From the NCBI GenBank assembly GCA_023920165.1, contig CP089276.1, positions 4,526,001 through 4,590,000 of the forward strand: a DNA stretch of 64,000 bases, given 5' to 3'. Of the stretch, positions 60,948-64,000 are shown piece by piece. Within the stretch, counting starts at the first letter, position 1; every line of letters starts with the position of its first letter. The position numbers and the translations under genes were made by a program. The stretch is from Curvularia clavata (lineage: Eukaryota). A model generated the notes under the pieces. The model ran no database searches and had not been told where the DNA came from. It worked only from the letters and a program-made list of their open reading frames with translations.

Positions 60948-63609
60948 ATGCAGCCTCCGTCCGAGTCAGGCAGCATAGTACAACCGGGACAGAGTACGTC
61001 CCTTGCAGCTGCGCATCCAACACCAAAAAGATCCCGTAATCATCCGCGGGTGAGCCATGCCTGTCAGCGATGTCGCGCAAAGAAGGCCAAATGCGATCAG
61101 CAACAGCCGTGCTTGAATTGTGTGAAGCACGATGCTGACTGCGAATACACAATCAGAAGGCGCAGTGGTCGAAAAAAGAAGCAAGCTTACGGAAGCACCA
61201 CTGAGATGCCAAGTGCCCCCCTTTCTCCACAATTTGCTATTAGGAGTCAAATTACACCAAACGAAAGCGAATTGCGTGAGCCTCCTCGTGATGCAGCATT
61301 TTCTGGTAAATTCTGCTTTGGTTCTCCGGTTTCCAGCGGCATCGATGTCACTGACCTCAGACATCAGATTTTGCACCTCGGACCTTGTCCGCAAATGCCT
61401 TGGACGTAGTAGGCGATATCAACCAGCGCACTCAGGGCACAGAGTTTTACGGCACGTCATCTAACTTTGTACTCCTCAACCAGCTCTTTTCATTCGCCCG
61501 GCAACATGGTCCCTCCAGATATGTATACTTTGATGGTCATGAATCCACGTCACATCCTTTCCCAATGAACAATGATAGCCGTAACGAGTTGCACATTTCA
61601 TATGGAAATCGTCCATCGAACTTTCATGCGTCCAATGTTCAGCCCGGCATGACTGCTCTGTCCAAAGATCGCGTTTCTGTCATTGATATATTGTCAAATG
61701 AAGAGGCGCTCTCACCACCTTCAAGATCAAAGACCCCTCCACGGTTCGCGAATGGCCAACAGGTCGAATCAAGTGATACGGTGCCGGATCACAGCTGTGT
61801 ATCAAATGGGCGGTTGGGCTCAACACTGCGTGAGAGCCTTTTGGCGGTCCCTGAAAGTGCTCGACGCGAGCATATCGCCGATGCAATCAGTTCTCCATGC
61901 AACAGCTCAGTCCAGAACGACCGGGAAGACACGGTTCCGTCTATTCATGCTTTGAAAACACAACTGGAAAAAGCATACATTAATATCTTCTTCCAGAACT
62001 TACACTATGTCCATCCCATGCTGGATCCAGTCCAATTCGAAGAACTTTGCGAAAGAGACATATGGGGCCCGCATACTACCATTGGAAGACGCAAAGGATA
62101 CAAACATTTCTCTGCACTTTACAACATTGTTGTGGCAGTGGGTGCTCTTATCGCCGGAAAAAGCGTTCTTGAGGATCTGGGACAGGACAGGCAGGCACGT
62201 ATAGCGGAATTGACCTCGCCCAGGACCTCTGAACGGCGTGTCTCTTCTCAAACAATTTCCCGCACGTATTTCCGAAAATCTAAAGAGCAATTAGGGGACA
62301 CATCCGCAGTATGTTCCTTGGAAAGTGCGCAAACACTCCTTTTAATGGTTGAATTCCCTCATTTTGCGTTCAATGCTACTTGCTGATGCTTGCGCAGTCA
62401 CTCTACTGTCAGAACTCCCACATGCCACACAGATGCTACATGTACTGTGGTCAGGCTGTTCGTACCGCTCTTGCCATTGGCCTTGCAAACGAATCAACGT
62501 CAAGGTCAACAGAGGACCGAAAAGCTGCGCGACGTACTTGGTGGTGCATCTACTCTCATGAGATTGATATGAGCTGCAGTTCGGGGAGAAGAGATAGCTT
62601 GAGGAAACCACAGAGTTATCAAATCCCGCTGCCTCTGATCAAGGACCCGATTGTCGGGGTTCCTGATGCACCCGAGACTGAGCACAAAAGCGTCGCTATG
62701 ATAAACGAGATGGTACGCTTTGCCACTATCCTTCGCCGCATATCTAAAGAGCTGTATCATGATGCCAAGGGCCTCACATTATTGGAAAAATCAGTAGTTG
62801 CAATGGAGCTTGATGAGCTCCTTAGCAATTGGAAAGCCGGTCTACCCGAGTGGCTTGACTTTGGCAACCTCTCTTTTCGGGAGGAAGAGTGGGCAGGAAA
62901 AGTTAAGGTTGTTTTACACTTGAGGTACTTGAATGCGAGGATGCTGGTACATCGACTATTCTTGGCTACGCCCACAGATCATGACTGGTTGGATATATCT
63001 GATCATGTTGGACTCTGTCTAAACGCCGCAAGAGAGACAATCCAAGTTCTCCATGATGCATATGCTCATCGCCACTACTTTCGCACGTGGTGGTACAACT
63101 CAACGTATACTCTATACGCTGGTATGATCATTCTCTATATTGTCATGCTTCGGGCCACCACTTTGCGAAGTGAGGACCTTTTAAATGATGTTCTCAAAGC
63201 TCAAAATATTCTACAGTCAATGAAGGAAGCGAAAGTAGCTCTTCGGAGTGCAGAATTATTACGGGAAGGTTTGGAGATTGCTCGGTCGAGGAGCCAGCGT
63301 GAGGCACCTGACTCTATTCCAATTTCTGGCAGTCGTACAGACCAGGTCAACGATGAACCGCAAGATCAAGGGTCCGTCAACAACTTGGGGCTAAACGCCA
63401 ACTATCATTTTCCCGAGACAACATTTGCTGCGAATGGACATGACGCAGACCCTGAAAAGCTATTCGCATCATTCATAGACCCAGGTCTACTACAAGATTT
63501 TACAACAGGGTTGAACGCTTCAGCAGACATGGACTGTTCTGCATTCCTGTTTGATGATATCTATAACGATAGGCCAGGCCTTTATCCAACGCTCCAGCCT
63601 GGTGTCTAA
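60948..63609 (+). CDS. Zn2Cys6 transcription factor with fungal-specific TF domain (multi-exon)
   Basis: RVSHACQRCRAKKAKCDQQQPCLNCVKHDADC, EFYGTSSN, AVRTALAIGL, RRTWWCIY and YFRTWWYN. Confidence 0.92.
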
Positions 63610-64000
63610 TCTACATCTGGAACGGGTAGGTTGTCGATGAACCTGAATTTGCCTTTCAAGCCAGCAATCGCCTCTTCTGCCTTCTGCCTCCGCAACTTCG
63701 CTGCGGCTTCATCGGTGACGAGGACAAAATCGTAGGAGATGAATGCAGACCCCAATTTCACCTCGTAAGCATTGGCTTGTTGTTCATCTTTAACTTTCTG
63801 GAGTGAAACCACCAAAGAGTCTTTGACACCAAATACTGCGTCCGTCGATTCGTATGGATCATCCTTCAGATACAGAGCACTGTAGAGTTATCAGCTGAGA
63901 TCAAAATGCGACCACGGCTTACTTACGTTATGAGGGGATCATACCCCTCCTTCTTGAACATGAAATGCATGTGGCTCGGTCGGTAGGGATGACGTTTCAA
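63606..64000 (-). CDS. Intradiol ring-cleavage dioxygenase (catechol/hydroxyquinol 1,2-dioxygenase), 3' end only
   Basis: RHPYRPSHMHF (Fe-ligand histidines), YDPLIT|ALY..DPYESTDAVFGVK, YDFVL. Stop TAG at 63606-63608. Confidence 0.92.

Overview
Eukaryotic DNA from a filamentous ascomycete: short GT-AG introns with CTAAC/CTGAC branch points, four Zn2Cys6 regulators and RIP-type mutation. Gene style suggests a Dothideomycete (Pleosporales-like), which is an inference. A core pair (nse4 and vps34, head-to-head) sits among small accessory modules, each with its own Zn2Cys6 factor: (i) aromatic-acid decarboxylase-like amidohydrolase plus alpha/beta hydrolase; (ii) intracellular GH32 invertase, MAL-type sugar porter and carboxylesterase, possibly a sucrose-ester catabolic cluster; (iii) a decayed secondary-metabolite cluster (FAD-oxidase pseudogene, intact SDR, PKS KR-ACP relic); (iv) phenol-monooxygenase-like enzyme plus intradiol dioxygenase, whose stop codon overlaps that of the regulator. 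Also present: a CBM1-GH10 xylanase, a RIP-inactivated Tc1-like DD34E transposon without the usual TA flanks, an intronless 1178-aa unknown protein with a CXC-like Cys cluster, and an 8-exon gene joining a Q/P-rich N-terminus, a patatin phospholipase and about six ZZ-like zinc fingers with introns at identical positions in the repeats. All family calls come from motif recognition by eye; no database search was run.
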